NCBI GenBank assembly: GCA_037143195.1
Contig: JBAWZD010000001.1
Span: forward strand, 272,892 to 336,891
Source: a bacterium
GTDB lineage: Bacteria > Patescibacteriota > Minisyncoccia > Phycocordibacterales > UBA9973
Direction: 5' to 3'
Length of the DNA stretch: 64,000 bases
Translations under genes and position numbers: made by a program
The notes under the pieces: model-generated
The model's input: the letters and a program-made list of their open reading frames with translations, nothing else
Told to the model about the DNA's origin: nothing
Database searches by the model: none
In this document: positions 10,069-18,898 of the stretch, one piece after another
Position numbering within the stretch: the first letter of the stretch is position 1
Layout of the letters: every line of letters begins with the position of its first letter

Positions 10069-10998
10069 ATGTACGATCTTCTCATCATCGGTGGTGGCCC
10101 CGCAGCAAGTGCCGCAGCAGTCTACGCCGCTCGCAAGCGCCTCAAAACAGTGCTCGTCGCTGGCGAATTTGGCGGACAGTCAACAGTCTCAACAGATATT
10201 CAAAATTGGATTGGTACTCCGCATATTAGTGGTGCTGATCTCGCAAAAAGTTTGAAAGCTCACGTGTATGAATATGCGGGAGATTTTCTTACTATCAAAG
10301 AGGGTGGCTACGTGACGAAGATTGAAGGTGTCGCGGGTAATTTTTCTATCACGATTGGTGAGAAAGACGTAGTGAAAGCTCACGCAATCCTCGTCGCGAC
10401 GGGATCAAATCGTCGCAAGCTCGATATCAAAGGTGCAGATGAGTATGAACACAAAGGTCTCACGTATTGTGCATCGTGTGATGGACCACTCTTTGCAGGT
10501 CAAGAAGTTGTCGTCATCGGTGGAGGTAATGCTGCGTTTGAGACTGCAGCGCAATTGCTCGCGTACTGTAGCAAAGTCACGCTCTTGAATCGCAGCGACA
10601 AATTCCGTGCTGATGAGATAACGGTCACACAGACACAAAAAGATCCAAAATTCCGCGCAGTAACTGAAGTCGAAATGCTCGAAGTATTCGGCGGAGATTT
10701 TGTCGAGGGCATGACAATCAGACACAAAAAAGATAGTACCGAAGAAAAAATTCCGGCCTCAGGAATTTTCGTCGAAGTTGGCCAAATTCCAAACTCAAGT
10801 TTCGTCAAAGGCATTGTCGACATGAACGATGTTGGCTCGATCAAAATTGATCCACGCACGCAAGCAACTTCAGTTGAAGGCATTTGGTCTGCCGGTGACG
10901 TCACTGATGTCCTCTACCACCAAAACAATATAGCTGCTGGAGACGCTGTTCGAGCACTCGAAGATATCTATATCTGGCTCCATAAGCACAAGGCATAG
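10069..10998 (+). CDS. trxB: Thioredoxin-disulfide reductase
   Basis: FAD motif GGGPAA, redox-active CASCDG, second Rossmann GGGNAA; 309 aa. Confidence 0.9.
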   Translation: MYDLLIIGGGPAASAAAVYAARKRLKTVLVAGEFGGQSTVSTDIQNWIGTPHISGADLAKSLKAHVYEYAGDFLTIKEGGYVTKIEGVAGNFSITIGEKDVVKAHAILVATGSNRRKLDIKGADEYEHKGLTYCASCDGPLFAGQEVVVIGGGNAAFETAAQLLAYCSKVTLLNRSDKFRADEITVTQTQKDPKFRAVTEVEMLEVFGGDFVEGMTIRHKKDSTEEKIPASGIFVEVGQIPNSSFVKGIVDMNDVGSIKIDPRTQATSVEGIWSAGDVTDVLYHQNNIAAGDAVRALEDIYIWLHKHKA

Positions 10999-10999
10999 A

Positions 11000-11120
11000 C
11001 GCGGGCACGCAAAATACTCCCTTCAAAAGCATCTTCGGAGCGCGACGGCGCGAGAATAAGGCGAAAATCCTTCAGGATTTTACGCCGGTGCTTTTGAAGG
11101 GAGTATTTTGCGTGCCCGCG
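11000..11120. repeat. Perfect 32-bp inverted repeat with a 57-nt structured spacer, occupying the whole convergent intergenic region
   Basis: 11000-11031 is the exact reverse complement of 11089-11120; the spacer contains a nested hairpin (ggcgaaaatcct...aggattttacgcc) and a cgcgacggcgcg palindrome. Confidence 0.8.
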
Positions 11121-11121
11121 G

Positions 11122-11862
11122 TTAGAGTTTGTGCAAAAGATCTAAGTGTTCTTTCGTGTTCACACCTATCGCTTCCTTCGGATCAATTGAAATCGATGCG
11201 ATATCGGCGCCTTCGGCGCATGCCATGCCGATGAGATCGGTGAGATAGTATTCGCCTTGCGCGTTTTCGTTTTTGAGTGCTTTGAGATGCGCCCAGAGCC
11301 ACTGTGCTTTGAACGAATACGAGCCTGAATTCACTTCGGTGATTCGGAGCTCATCTGGTGTGGCATCTTTTTTTTCTACAATTTTTGTGATGTCGCCATT
11401 CTCATTGCGAATGATGCGACCAAAATCCGCAAACCCTGCGCGCCATTCTTCGAAGTCGGGCACATGCACGGTCGCCATGGTGAGCACGGCATCAGAATTT
11501 TCTGCCATTTCGGCGAGCATATGGATCGAGTGCGGTTTGATATACGGTACGTCGCTATTGAGCACGAGCACATTTTTGACTTTGCCTTCGAGTTCAGGCA
11601 TAGCTGAAAGCACTGCATGTCCTGTGCCGAGCTGTTCGAGCTGAGCGACATAGCGATACCCATCGCCAAGCGTCTCCATGACGAGCTCACGCTTCTGACC
11701 CACGACCACAATGGGTGTCCTCGTCACACCTGAAGCCTCCACAGCCTCGAGGACGTGCAGTACGAGTGGTTTGCCATGAAGTGGCACGAGCACCTTGGGC
11801 AAGTCGCTCTGCATGCGTTTGCCATATCCGGCGGCGAGAATGACGACTTCGGTTTGTTGCAT
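11122..11862 (-). CDS. Sugar-phosphate nucleotidyltransferase (GlmU N-terminal-domain-like, no acetyltransferase domain)
   Basis: LAAGYGKRM...LPKVL...GTGHAV motif set of GlmU/RmlA-type NTP-transferases; 246 aa with no left-handed beta-helix domain. Confidence 0.75.
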   Translation of the reverse strand: MQQTEVVILAAGYGKRMQSDLPKVLVPLHGKPLVLHVLEAVEASGVTRTPIVVVGQKRELVMETLGDGYRYVAQLEQLGTGHAVLSAMPELEGKVKNVLVLNSDVPYIKPHSIHMLAEMAENSDAVLTMATVHVPDFEEWRAGFADFGRIIRNENGDITKIVEKKDATPDELRITEVNSGSYSFKAQWLWAHLKALKNENAQGEYYLTDLIGMACAEGADIASISIDPKEAIGVNTKEHLDLLHKL

Positions 11863-11949
11863 GGAGAAACTATACCAAAATCCCCCGCTCGCTCATACTT
11901 GACTAAATACAAATTTTAATACATAGTGAGACAAATTTAAAACCAAATA

Positions 11950-12873
11950 TTGTTTATGAAGAAGATCCTTCTCATTGCCGTACTCGGCCTCTCTCAGCTT
12001 GCGCAGGCGCAAGTGAGTGTATCTTTCACTGCAACCAACGGCCAAATGTCGGCCAAAGTTGCAACACGTCACACCGGTTTGATTCCGGGGCACCAAGTGG
12101 TGCGCTCCGTGATGGTGAGTAACACAATTGACTTCAGCACCATTGTTGGTGCCGTTGTTGATTCTTTCGTTGCCACCGATACCATTATGTTCTCGGTGGA
12201 TTCTGTTCACACTTCTGTACCTTACCCGAATATATATTGGGTCAAGGATAGTGTGTGGCAAGCTGACACAGTAGCCACCAGCGCAGTTGCAACGAACGAT
12301 TCAGGAGTGCTCCTGACACCGTTTTTTAGGAACCCAACCAAGGTGCTTAGCGCACCAACAGTTGATTCATCGAATGCCTATTTCCACGGCACATTTACTT
12401 CAGGGTACGATATTGCCATTGTGAGAGTCGTAGTTTCATATGGTGATTCACTATTTCTGTCGCCGGAATTTCTTTTCCCCGCTGTTTCGGACACGATTCA
12501 TCCCGTCTTGGGTACAACGGTCCAAAACGTTGTAGATTCGATCGTGATTCCGATCGGAGTGAATAATCTTCCTTTTTCTTATCGTGTTTACACGATAAAT
12601 TCAAAAAAGGCAGACACTTCAATTGTGTATCACGGGCGGACCAAGTACGTTGCACCCGCTGGGATAAATGGTATTACCCCTCAAGAAATAATTCCGGGGA
12701 CAATCACTATTTATTCACTCGCAGGGGTACTGCTTTACTCAGCCCACGAGGAAAATCTGTCTGTGGGAGACAGATTGATTAAGCAAGAAGTTACCCTCCC
12801 CACGGGTAATTACGTTCAGTGCTCACGCACGGACTCAGGGCTCCAGCTCCCTGGCAAAATAATATGCTGGTAG
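11950..12873 (+). CDS. Hypothetical secreted protein
   Basis: N-terminal signal peptide (KKILLIAVLGLSQLAQAQ), Ser/Thr/Val-rich beta-type composition. Confidence 0.5.
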   Translation: MFMKKILLIAVLGLSQLAQAQVSVSFTATNGQMSAKVATRHTGLIPGHQVVRSVMVSNTIDFSTIVGAVVDSFVATDTIMFSVDSVHTSVPYPNIYWVKDSVWQADTVATSAVATNDSGVLLTPFFRNPTKVLSAPTVDSSNAYFHGTFTSGYDIAIVRVVVSYGDSLFLSPEFLFPAVSDTIHPVLGTTVQNVVDSIVIPIGVNNLPFSYRVYTINSKKADTSIVYHGRTKYVAPAGINGITPQEIIPGTITIYSLAGVLLYSAHEENLSVGDRLIKQEVTLPTGNYVQCSRTDSGLQLPGKIICW

Positions 12874-13008
12874 CCATCAAAGCCATCAAAGAAAAGCCAC
12901 TAAGGCAACTTTCTTTGGTGGCTTTTCTTTTTGCCCGTTATTTCATATTCGTAGTATGCCAAAATGGAATATAAAATACCGCCGTATTGAGTGGCGGTGT
13001 TTTATTTT

Positions 13009-13581
13009 TCATGATTCGGTTTGCGGTTTTTCCCACAAAATGTCGAGCACACTCTTGGCGTCAAAGTACGATACACAGCGATGGTATATCCAAAACTTTG
13101 AAAGCAGTCGCGCTTTCCTGTCTGTGCTGAATTCTTTGTTGTTTTGTCGGTAGACATCCATCTCACGTTTGAGTGCGATGATTTCTTCTTGAAAACAAAA
13201 ACTATTCGAAGTCATGTATCGCCAAAGCCATACAGACACCCCAAGTTGCTCTTGACGCTCGATATGAGTAGTCTCGTGCTCGATAATCGATTGCGTAAAC
13301 CAGTCTGGCTGGCCCGTCATATAGTCTTGATGTAATGAATCGTTCAAGAAAATATATGGCGCAATCGCAATAGAGATGTCGCTCGGCAAAATACCGAGTC
13401 GCACAATCCAATTCGGTACTTTCCTAATTTTCGCCATATTGTAGTCTTTTTCTTCACAATACGATGATTCCGTATCCAAGTCAATTTCTTCTCCGACAAA
13501 AGTTCCGTCTATGTGTTTAGTTGACAAGTCAATCTTGTCTGTTATGCTCAAAAACAAACTGGTACAATAATTTGATATCAC
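13009..13581 (-). CDS. Hypothetical protein with HExxH motif (putative zinc peptidase-like)
   Basis: 190-aa ORF containing IIEHETTHIERQ; no other recognisable family. Confidence 0.4.
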   Translation of the reverse strand: MISNYCTSLFLSITDKIDLSTKHIDGTFVGEEIDLDTESSYCEEKDYNMAKIRKVPNWIVRLGILPSDISIAIAPYIFLNDSLHQDYMTGQPDWFTQSIIEHETTHIERQEQLGVSVWLWRYMTSNSFCFQEEIIALKREMDVYRQNNKEFSTDRKARLLSKFWIYHRCVSYFDAKSVLDILWEKPQTES

Positions 13582-13609
13582 GATTGCTCAACACTTTAAA
13601 AACACATAT

Positions 13610-14023
13610 ATGGTAGTACTTAAAATGACAGGAATCCTGAACGAAGGTTCTGAAATCAATAATGCATCGGGTACATTCACCATGAGGGATGATACTGGCA
13701 AAGAAAAACTTTTCATCTGGAAATCAAAAGATTATTCAAAGGAGACAATTTCTTTTTCACTTTCGTCACAGGATGGTGTCGAGATTTGTTCATTGTCTAG
13801 CGGTAATTATGATCCAGCGGTGAATTTTTCTGGGAGACAACAAGCACTCTCATTACTCACCCTTCACATAATACCTCATATTTTGGCAGTTATGGCTCAG
13901 CACGTAGTTTTGATGGAAATCATTAAGCCAAAATTTACAACTTTGAAAGGATCAAGCATCGTAATGCTAATTCGAAAAGAAATTAATGTAGATGATCAAA
14001 CATATCTCTACATTTTCGAGTAA
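13610..14023 (+). CDS. Hypothetical protein
   Basis: 137-aa ORF, no recognised domain. Confidence 0.3.
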   Translation: MVVLKMTGILNEGSEINNASGTFTMRDDTGKEKLFIWKSKDYSKETISFSLSSQDGVEICSLSSGNYDPAVNFSGRQQALSLLTLHIIPHILAVMAQHVVLMEIIKPKFTTLKGSSIVMLIRKEINVDDQTYLYIFE

Positions 14024-14116
14024 AGTAATGATTAATTAAAAGACTAAAGGCAACAGAAATGTTGTCTTTTGTTTTGTCTCCAGCGTAAAAATTCATTCTT
14101 GGTCTAGCACGAATTT

Positions 14117-14190
14117 GTGACTCTACCGGGAATCGAACCCGGATTACAGCCTTGAAAAGGCCGTGTCCTAACCGTTAGACGATAGAGCCA
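14117..14190 (-). tRNA. tRNA-Glu (anticodon UUC)
   Basis: Reverse complement folds as a cloverleaf: acceptor TGGCTCT/AGAGTCA, D-arm TCTAACGGTTAGGACA, anticodon loop TTTTCAA, T-arm GGTTCGATTCC; no encoded CCA. Confidence 0.8.
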
Positions 14191-14248
14191 TACGAACAAA
14201 ATACCGTGCCACTATAACAGTATTTTGTCCTTTTTTCAAGAGGGCGAT

Positions 14249-15250
14249 TTAAGCCTTGTTTTTCAACATCCGATCGACACTATACTTCCCTGCTCCCGTG
14301 ACGACGAGCATTGAGATCGCCCCAAAGAGCGTGACGTGTGAATACACTGACTCTTTGAAGTAGAAGAACGAGAGCGAAATCACGACGAACGACACGATAG
14401 CGACGAGACGAATCTCAAATCCGATAATGAGTAATACACCGAGTAAAAATTCCACAATCCCCGCTCCGAGTACCCACAATGCGGGCGAAACTGGAATGAC
14501 ATTCGTAAGATGATACATTTGCACAACGAGTGCTGAATCGTGCGGATTCATAAATTTTTCATATACAGCGAGGAATATGAACGCAATACCAAGCCCGAAG
14601 CGGAGCACGAGCGGAACGAGCTCGCGAGCCTTTTCACCAAGTGAGAATTGTGTGATGTTCAAGATATCGTCGAGCCCTGGTCGTGCTGATTCGAGCAATA
14701 GCGCAGACACAACGAGTGCGAGAAAATCCATATTACCGAACACATAATTTGAGTGCACAACGCCAGCAAAGAAAAGTGCAATGCTTCCAACGTAGGCAAA
14801 CGGAAGCAAAAATCCGAGCAAAAACAAGAACCCGAGGATGATTTCGATGAATCCGATCATTGGTGTGCCCATGAGCACCGGTGAGACGAACACATTCGCC
14901 GTGCCCGCGCCGATCAGTGCAATACCGAGCGAGAGACGCGCCATCCATGAAAGGAGCTCCGTGTACGATGAGAGCTTTTCGATCACTCGTGCGAGCAATA
15001 CTTTGGATCGTGGTCGTGTGCGCCAATAGATGATGGCTCCGACCACGGCGAGCGTGACGAGCCCTGCGATGAGGACTGAAAGTGGAGCATCAGTGACTCC
15101 GGAAATCAAAAAATGCATGTCCGAGCCTTCATGACTTACGAAATCATCATGGTCGAGGACATAGCCGACGTGTGCACTTGCGAGGAGCGGCGTAGCCGCG
15201 ACGACGATACTTGAGACGAACCCGAGCAATACCCGTTTGATATTTTTCAT
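14249..15250 (-). CDS. Hypothetical polytopic membrane protein
   Basis: 333 aa, signal-like N-terminus and 8 or more hydrophobic helices; no catalytic motif recognised. Confidence 0.55.
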   Translation of the reverse strand: MKNIKRVLLGFVSSIVVAATPLLASAHVGYVLDHDDFVSHEGSDMHFLISGVTDAPLSVLIAGLVTLAVVGAIIYWRTRPRSKVLLARVIEKLSSYTELLSWMARLSLGIALIGAGTANVFVSPVLMGTPMIGFIEIILGFLFLLGFLLPFAYVGSIALFFAGVVHSNYVFGNMDFLALVVSALLLESARPGLDDILNITQFSLGEKARELVPLVLRFGLGIAFIFLAVYEKFMNPHDSALVVQMYHLTNVIPVSPALWVLGAGIVEFLLGVLLIIGFEIRLVAIVSFVVISLSFFYFKESVYSHVTLFGAISMLVVTGAGKYSVDRMLKNKA

Positions 15251-15322
15251 ATGGAAAGTATATCAAATTTGGTCTTAGAATGTAAAAATGATAGTATTGC
15301 CTTCGGGCATATTCAACCGTAG

Positions 15323-15412
15323 GGAGACGTGGCTGAGTGGTTGAAGGCACTTGTTTCGAAAACAAGCGTGCGGGAAACCGTACCGTGAGTTCGAATCTCA
15401 CCGTCTCCGCCA
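15323..15412 (+). tRNA. tRNA-Ser (anticodon CGA)
   Basis: Acceptor GGAGACG/CGTCTCC, long variable arm, anticodon loop TTCGAAA, T-arm GGTTCGAATCC, encoded CCA. Confidence 0.85.
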
Positions 15413-15460
15413 AAAAGAAAGCTTGAATTTAAGAGCAAATCTGCTATTCTATACAGGTTC

Positions 15461-15533
15461 GCGCGGTTAGCTCAGTTGGTAGAGCATCCCCTTGACGTGG
15501 GGAGGGTCAGAGGTTCGAATCCTCTATCGCGCA
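15461..15533 (+). tRNA. tRNA-Val (anticodon GAC)
   Basis: Acceptor GCGCGGT/ATCGCGC, D-arm AGCTCAGTTGGTAGAGC, anticodon loop TTGACGT, T-arm GGTTCGAATCC. Confidence 0.85.
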
Positions 15534-15587
15534 CAAAATTGGTATAAAAAAGAAGCTGGTTAGGCCTCTTAATAATTTTACAACCAT

Positions 15588-15914
15588 TTAATTGTTCAAA
15601 GAAAGATAGTTGCCTACTGCCATATTTAAATATGGTCCAGGATCTTCGGTTTGAAAATCAAATCTGATGCTTTGGTAGTACTTATTCGCAAAGGTACTGA
15701 TTTGCTCTCTTGTTTGCTCAAGAACTTTATCCTCAGATGGATCAAGATTCTTATTCAAAAAGGCTTCGGCTTTATCTTTGTCAGTCCAAACAAACAAACT
15801 TCGTGGGTAATCTAAGGTACCGTACGCTTGATCATTTGGTCCACCGATAATAAGAAATCCCACCTGAAGTGTCATTACTTTTTCTTTAGTATTTTGTATC
15901 TCCTCGTTGCCCAT
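15588..15914 (-). CDS. Hypothetical protein
   Basis: 108-aa ORF immediately downstream of the tRNA pair; no family recognised. Confidence 0.35.
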   Translation of the reverse strand: MGNEEIQNTKEKVMTLQVGFLIIGGPNDQAYGTLDYPRSLFVWTDKDKAEAFLNKNLDPSEDKVLEQTREQISTFANKYYQSIRFDFQTEDPGPYLNMAVGNYLSLNN

Positions 15915-16195
15915 GAGACTATTTTTAAAGATTCACAATATTATTATTGTATCATAAAATTATGATTTGTAAATAGTACCATCCGAAGTACGGTTAGTTC
16001 TCTTTAATTTCAACCCTAAGCCGCCAAAGACAAAGTTAAACGGGTATTTCGTCCATATTTTTGAGTTCGGGGTAAGAATTCTTCCCTCAAAATTTTATGT
16101 AGAAATGCTGGTTAGGTTTCTTTGAATTTTACGACGACTTGATTGTTAAAATTGAAAAGCCGCAGAAAATCTGAGACTTTTCTGCGGCTTAAAAT

Positions 16196-16696
16196 TTATT
16201 TTCTTTCTACAGCGAACCACGCTATCTCCAACATTTCTGCCGGACAGACCTTCCACGGCCCCTTTTTTACATCAGTGGTTCTTCCGTTCCAAAGTAACAC
16301 AATCGTTTCCTCCTCGCTAAAGGCGATGATGATTTTATAAATTGGAATCGCCTTATCCCTATGGATTGCAACCAGCCTCATTGTGTCGAGTCGTGATGCT
16401 GGTTTGAAACCACGGTCTGCTATTTCATTTGCAATGTAATCCGTTTTACATTGAATAAGTTCGATCATTTTAGGTTGATCGGTGTCAGTCTCGACACGGA
16501 ACTGAGATAAATTTGCCTTACCGTCGATTTTGAATGTCAAAGTTCTAACAAAATTCTCTGAACTCAATTTTGATGATATAATCGGCACATGGAAAATTTC
16601 GGATTCCCCCAGCCTAAAAGGGTAGAAATGTTTGCTATAGAGGACGAGGCGGACATCAATCAATTCAAAAACAAAAGTGCTGCATTGCAAGATCAA
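16196..16696 (-). CDS. Hypothetical protein (start uncertain; overlaps the facing ORF)
   Basis: 166-aa ORF; the 5' ~100 nt overlap the opposite-strand ORF, so the true start may be an internal Met (~16468). Confidence 0.3.
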   Translation of the reverse strand: MILQCSTFVFELIDVRLVLYSKHFYPFRLGESEIFHVPIISSKLSSENFVRTLTFKIDGKANLSQFRVETDTDQPKMIELIQCKTDYIANEIADRGFKPASRLDTMRLVAIHRDKAIPIYKIIIAFSEEETIVLLWNGRTTDVKKGPWKVCPAEMLEIAWFAVERK

Positions 16697-16948
16697 ATTG
16701 ACTCATATCTTGAATCACTCAAAGGTTTGATTGCTCAGCGAGACGAGTACCAAAGACTCCTCGAAGAAAATCCAAACGACACCTTTGTCCAAGGCGAGCT
16801 GAACGTGCTCCAAGTCAACATTGATTCAATCCATGACCAGATGAATGAACTTTCGGCGAAAAAAATGCAAGAAAATTTCAACGTAGAATCCTACAACGAA
16901 GTCAGTAAGGCGATAATGACTCATGTGCCAAAGGAATCATTAAACTAA
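16628..16948 (+). CDS. Hypothetical coiled-coil protein
   Basis: Internal ATG at 16628 preceded by AAAGGGTAGAA; predicted helical and acidic; followed by a strong terminator. Confidence 0.4.
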   Translation: MFAIEDEADINQFKNKSAALQDQIDSYLESLKGLIAQRDEYQRLLEENPNDTFVQGELNVLQVNIDSIHDQMNELSAKKMQENFNVESYNEVSKAIMTHVPKESLN

Positions 16949-16950
16949 AT

Positions 16951-16985
16951 TAAAAAAGCGTGGTCTTGATAACCACGCTTTTTTT
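16951..16985. terminator. Bidirectional rho-independent terminator
   Basis: aaaaaagcgtggtcttgataaccacgcttttttt: 8-bp GC-containing stem with A-run/T-run on both sides, between convergent ORFs. Confidence 0.8.
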
Positions 16986-17002
16986 AAAATCAATTTACAT
17001 AC

Positions 17003-17458
17003 TTACATGACTACAGATGAGTCAATCGGAAAAATTTCCGGTTGCAGTTGCCTTGTCAGGGCAAAAATCATCGTCCCTTTCCCTACGGAAAGGTTAAGGA
17101 CGGTGCTTTCGATATTCTTCACCTTTAAGTTAAGATAATTTTCGAAAACAATGATTTCATCAACCTTCCCATCAAAAGCAATTACAACGGGATTCTCGTC
17201 CAGCGTTTTATTTAACGCTTGAACACATGCGGTGGCGTCTTTAATGCCATTAACATACATGAAATGTGGATTTGCTTCTGCCACATCTAACGGAATAATA
17301 ACTGCACAACGAGACTCGCAGTTTGCCATAATAACAGGACTCTTTCCATCAACTTTGTACCCGAATGACATTGGGTCAGAATCTGCCGGTACGATAAATA
17401 CTTTTTTCAATTTGAACTTTTTAATTGTTAAACAAAATAGTCGCTTGGATACTATCAC
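17003..17458 (-). CDS. Hypothetical protein (probable later start)
   Basis: 151-aa ORF; the N-terminal 30 aa overlap a repeated promoter-region motif, so the start is probably the internal MSFGYK. Confidence 0.35.
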   Translation of the reverse strand: MIVSKRLFCLTIKKFKLKKVFIVPADSDPMSFGYKVDGKSPVIMANCESRCAVIIPLDVAEANPHFMYVNGIKDATACVQALNKTLDENPVVIAFDGKVDEIIVFENYLNLKVKNIESTVLNLSVGKGTMIFALTRQLQPEIFPIDSSVVM

Positions 17459-17780
17459 AAATGAACAAAAAAACTACTTGACATAGTTTTCCCCACGAGA
17501 TTATTCGCAGGTACGATATACTGTTTCAGGACCCTTCGTCGATTAAACAAAATAGTCATTTGGAACATTTTTCGGAGGGCCACTTCTTTTAAAACTTGAA
17601 TCACTACGAACTTGGCAACCGATTAACGGTTGCCATTTTTTATTTAAATCTCCTTCGAATATAGAAATTTTCAACCTTCAGCATACGGATTATGCTTCAG
17701 TCTTTTCTTTACGATTTTTTTGACATATCAAGGTATATATAGTATTAATAGCTCATAAATTCATCCTTTAAAGCTAAATT

Positions 17781-18095
17781 ATGAGTAACAGCATGCACGA
17801 AATGACTCAATTATTTTTTATGGCGGTTGCAGGAATATCTTTTTTTGATATGCTCATCCTCGGTCTTAAGACAGAAAGTACTATTGAACGAGGTATTTGC
17901 ACCATCATGGCCACTGTTTTCGGGTTGATCTGTCTAGAAATACTGCTGCGGATTATTATCATTCCCGACATCAGTGATTTTCCGATTATTCAGCTCGTTG
18001 TAGTATTGCTTGCGCGAATATCGGAATTGATTTTTGGGGCACTTGGTATTTTTTTCGGAATCAAACAATTGACCCAAAAAAGAGCAAACAAATAA
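17781..18095 (+). CDS. Hypothetical small membrane protein
   Basis: 104 aa, three hydrophobic helices; TTGACA-17-TATTAA promoter upstream. Confidence 0.4.
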   Translation: MSNSMHEMTQLFFMAVAGISFFDMLILGLKTESTIERGICTIMATVFGLICLEILLRIIIIPDISDFPIIQLVVVLLARISELIFGALGIFFGIKQLTQKRANK

Positions 18096-18330
18096 GGAGC
18101 ACAAATATGCTCTCAAAAAAACTCGCACGAGTTGGAGAAAACACGCTCCAATACCGGCGAGTTTTCTTTTTATGTTACTCTGTCAGATTTTTACAAGCAA
18201 AATGCCTCATATTAAATTCAAGACAAGGACTTTTTCATTTGGGCGATATATCTGTCACACCTATATATCACAGAAAATGGCACCATCCTCGTAAGGTATA
18301 GTGCCATTTAATTTAATTGCCATTCATTAT

Positions 18331-18705
18331 TTATGGCAAAGTAGTTTCAGCAATTCCACCATTCATGTGGAAGTGTATGAACTTACTTTTGTACGCCCCC
18401 CCTTTTGCAGCGAAAACTTCGACATACTGACCATTCACTAGGCCAATTTGTCTATTAATCAGATAGTTGCCCTCCTGGTCCTGCACTTGCAGGATTCCCA
18501 TTCCATCAGTCTGTGATGTGCAAGTGATAACCAAGTCACCGTCTTGATTATACTCGGCGCTAACGCTGATCACTGCCTGATCGAGGGCAACTGTTGCAGT
18601 TGGGACAGGAGCTTGTGAGCTCCCAGTTTGTGGTGCTCCAAACATTATGGCAGCACAACAAAACAAAATGAATGTTTTTTTCATATTTATGAAATTTAGT
18701 GACAC
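18331..18705 (-). CDS. Hypothetical secreted small protein
   Basis: 124 aa with an N-terminal signal peptide (MKKTFILFCCAAIMFGAPQ). Confidence 0.45.
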   Translation of the reverse strand: MSLNFINMKKTFILFCCAAIMFGAPQTGSSQAPVPTATVALDQAVISVSAEYNQDGDLVITCTSQTDGMGILQVQDQEGNYLINRQIGLVNGQYVEVFAAKGGAYKSKFIHFHMNGGIAETTLP

Positions 18706-18898
18706 ACATTATAGCATATTGCCGATTAAAATCAATACCTTGACTATCGAGCTCCCAATTAGGCTTTCCACGGTGCACAGATTTTAACAAATACAAAAAG
18801 CCATAAAAAATCAATTCGCTTTTTTCACATGGCCATCATTTTCCTAAAAACGTTTTGTGTAAATATGACAAGCAGGTGCCAAACCAAAGTAGTCAATC

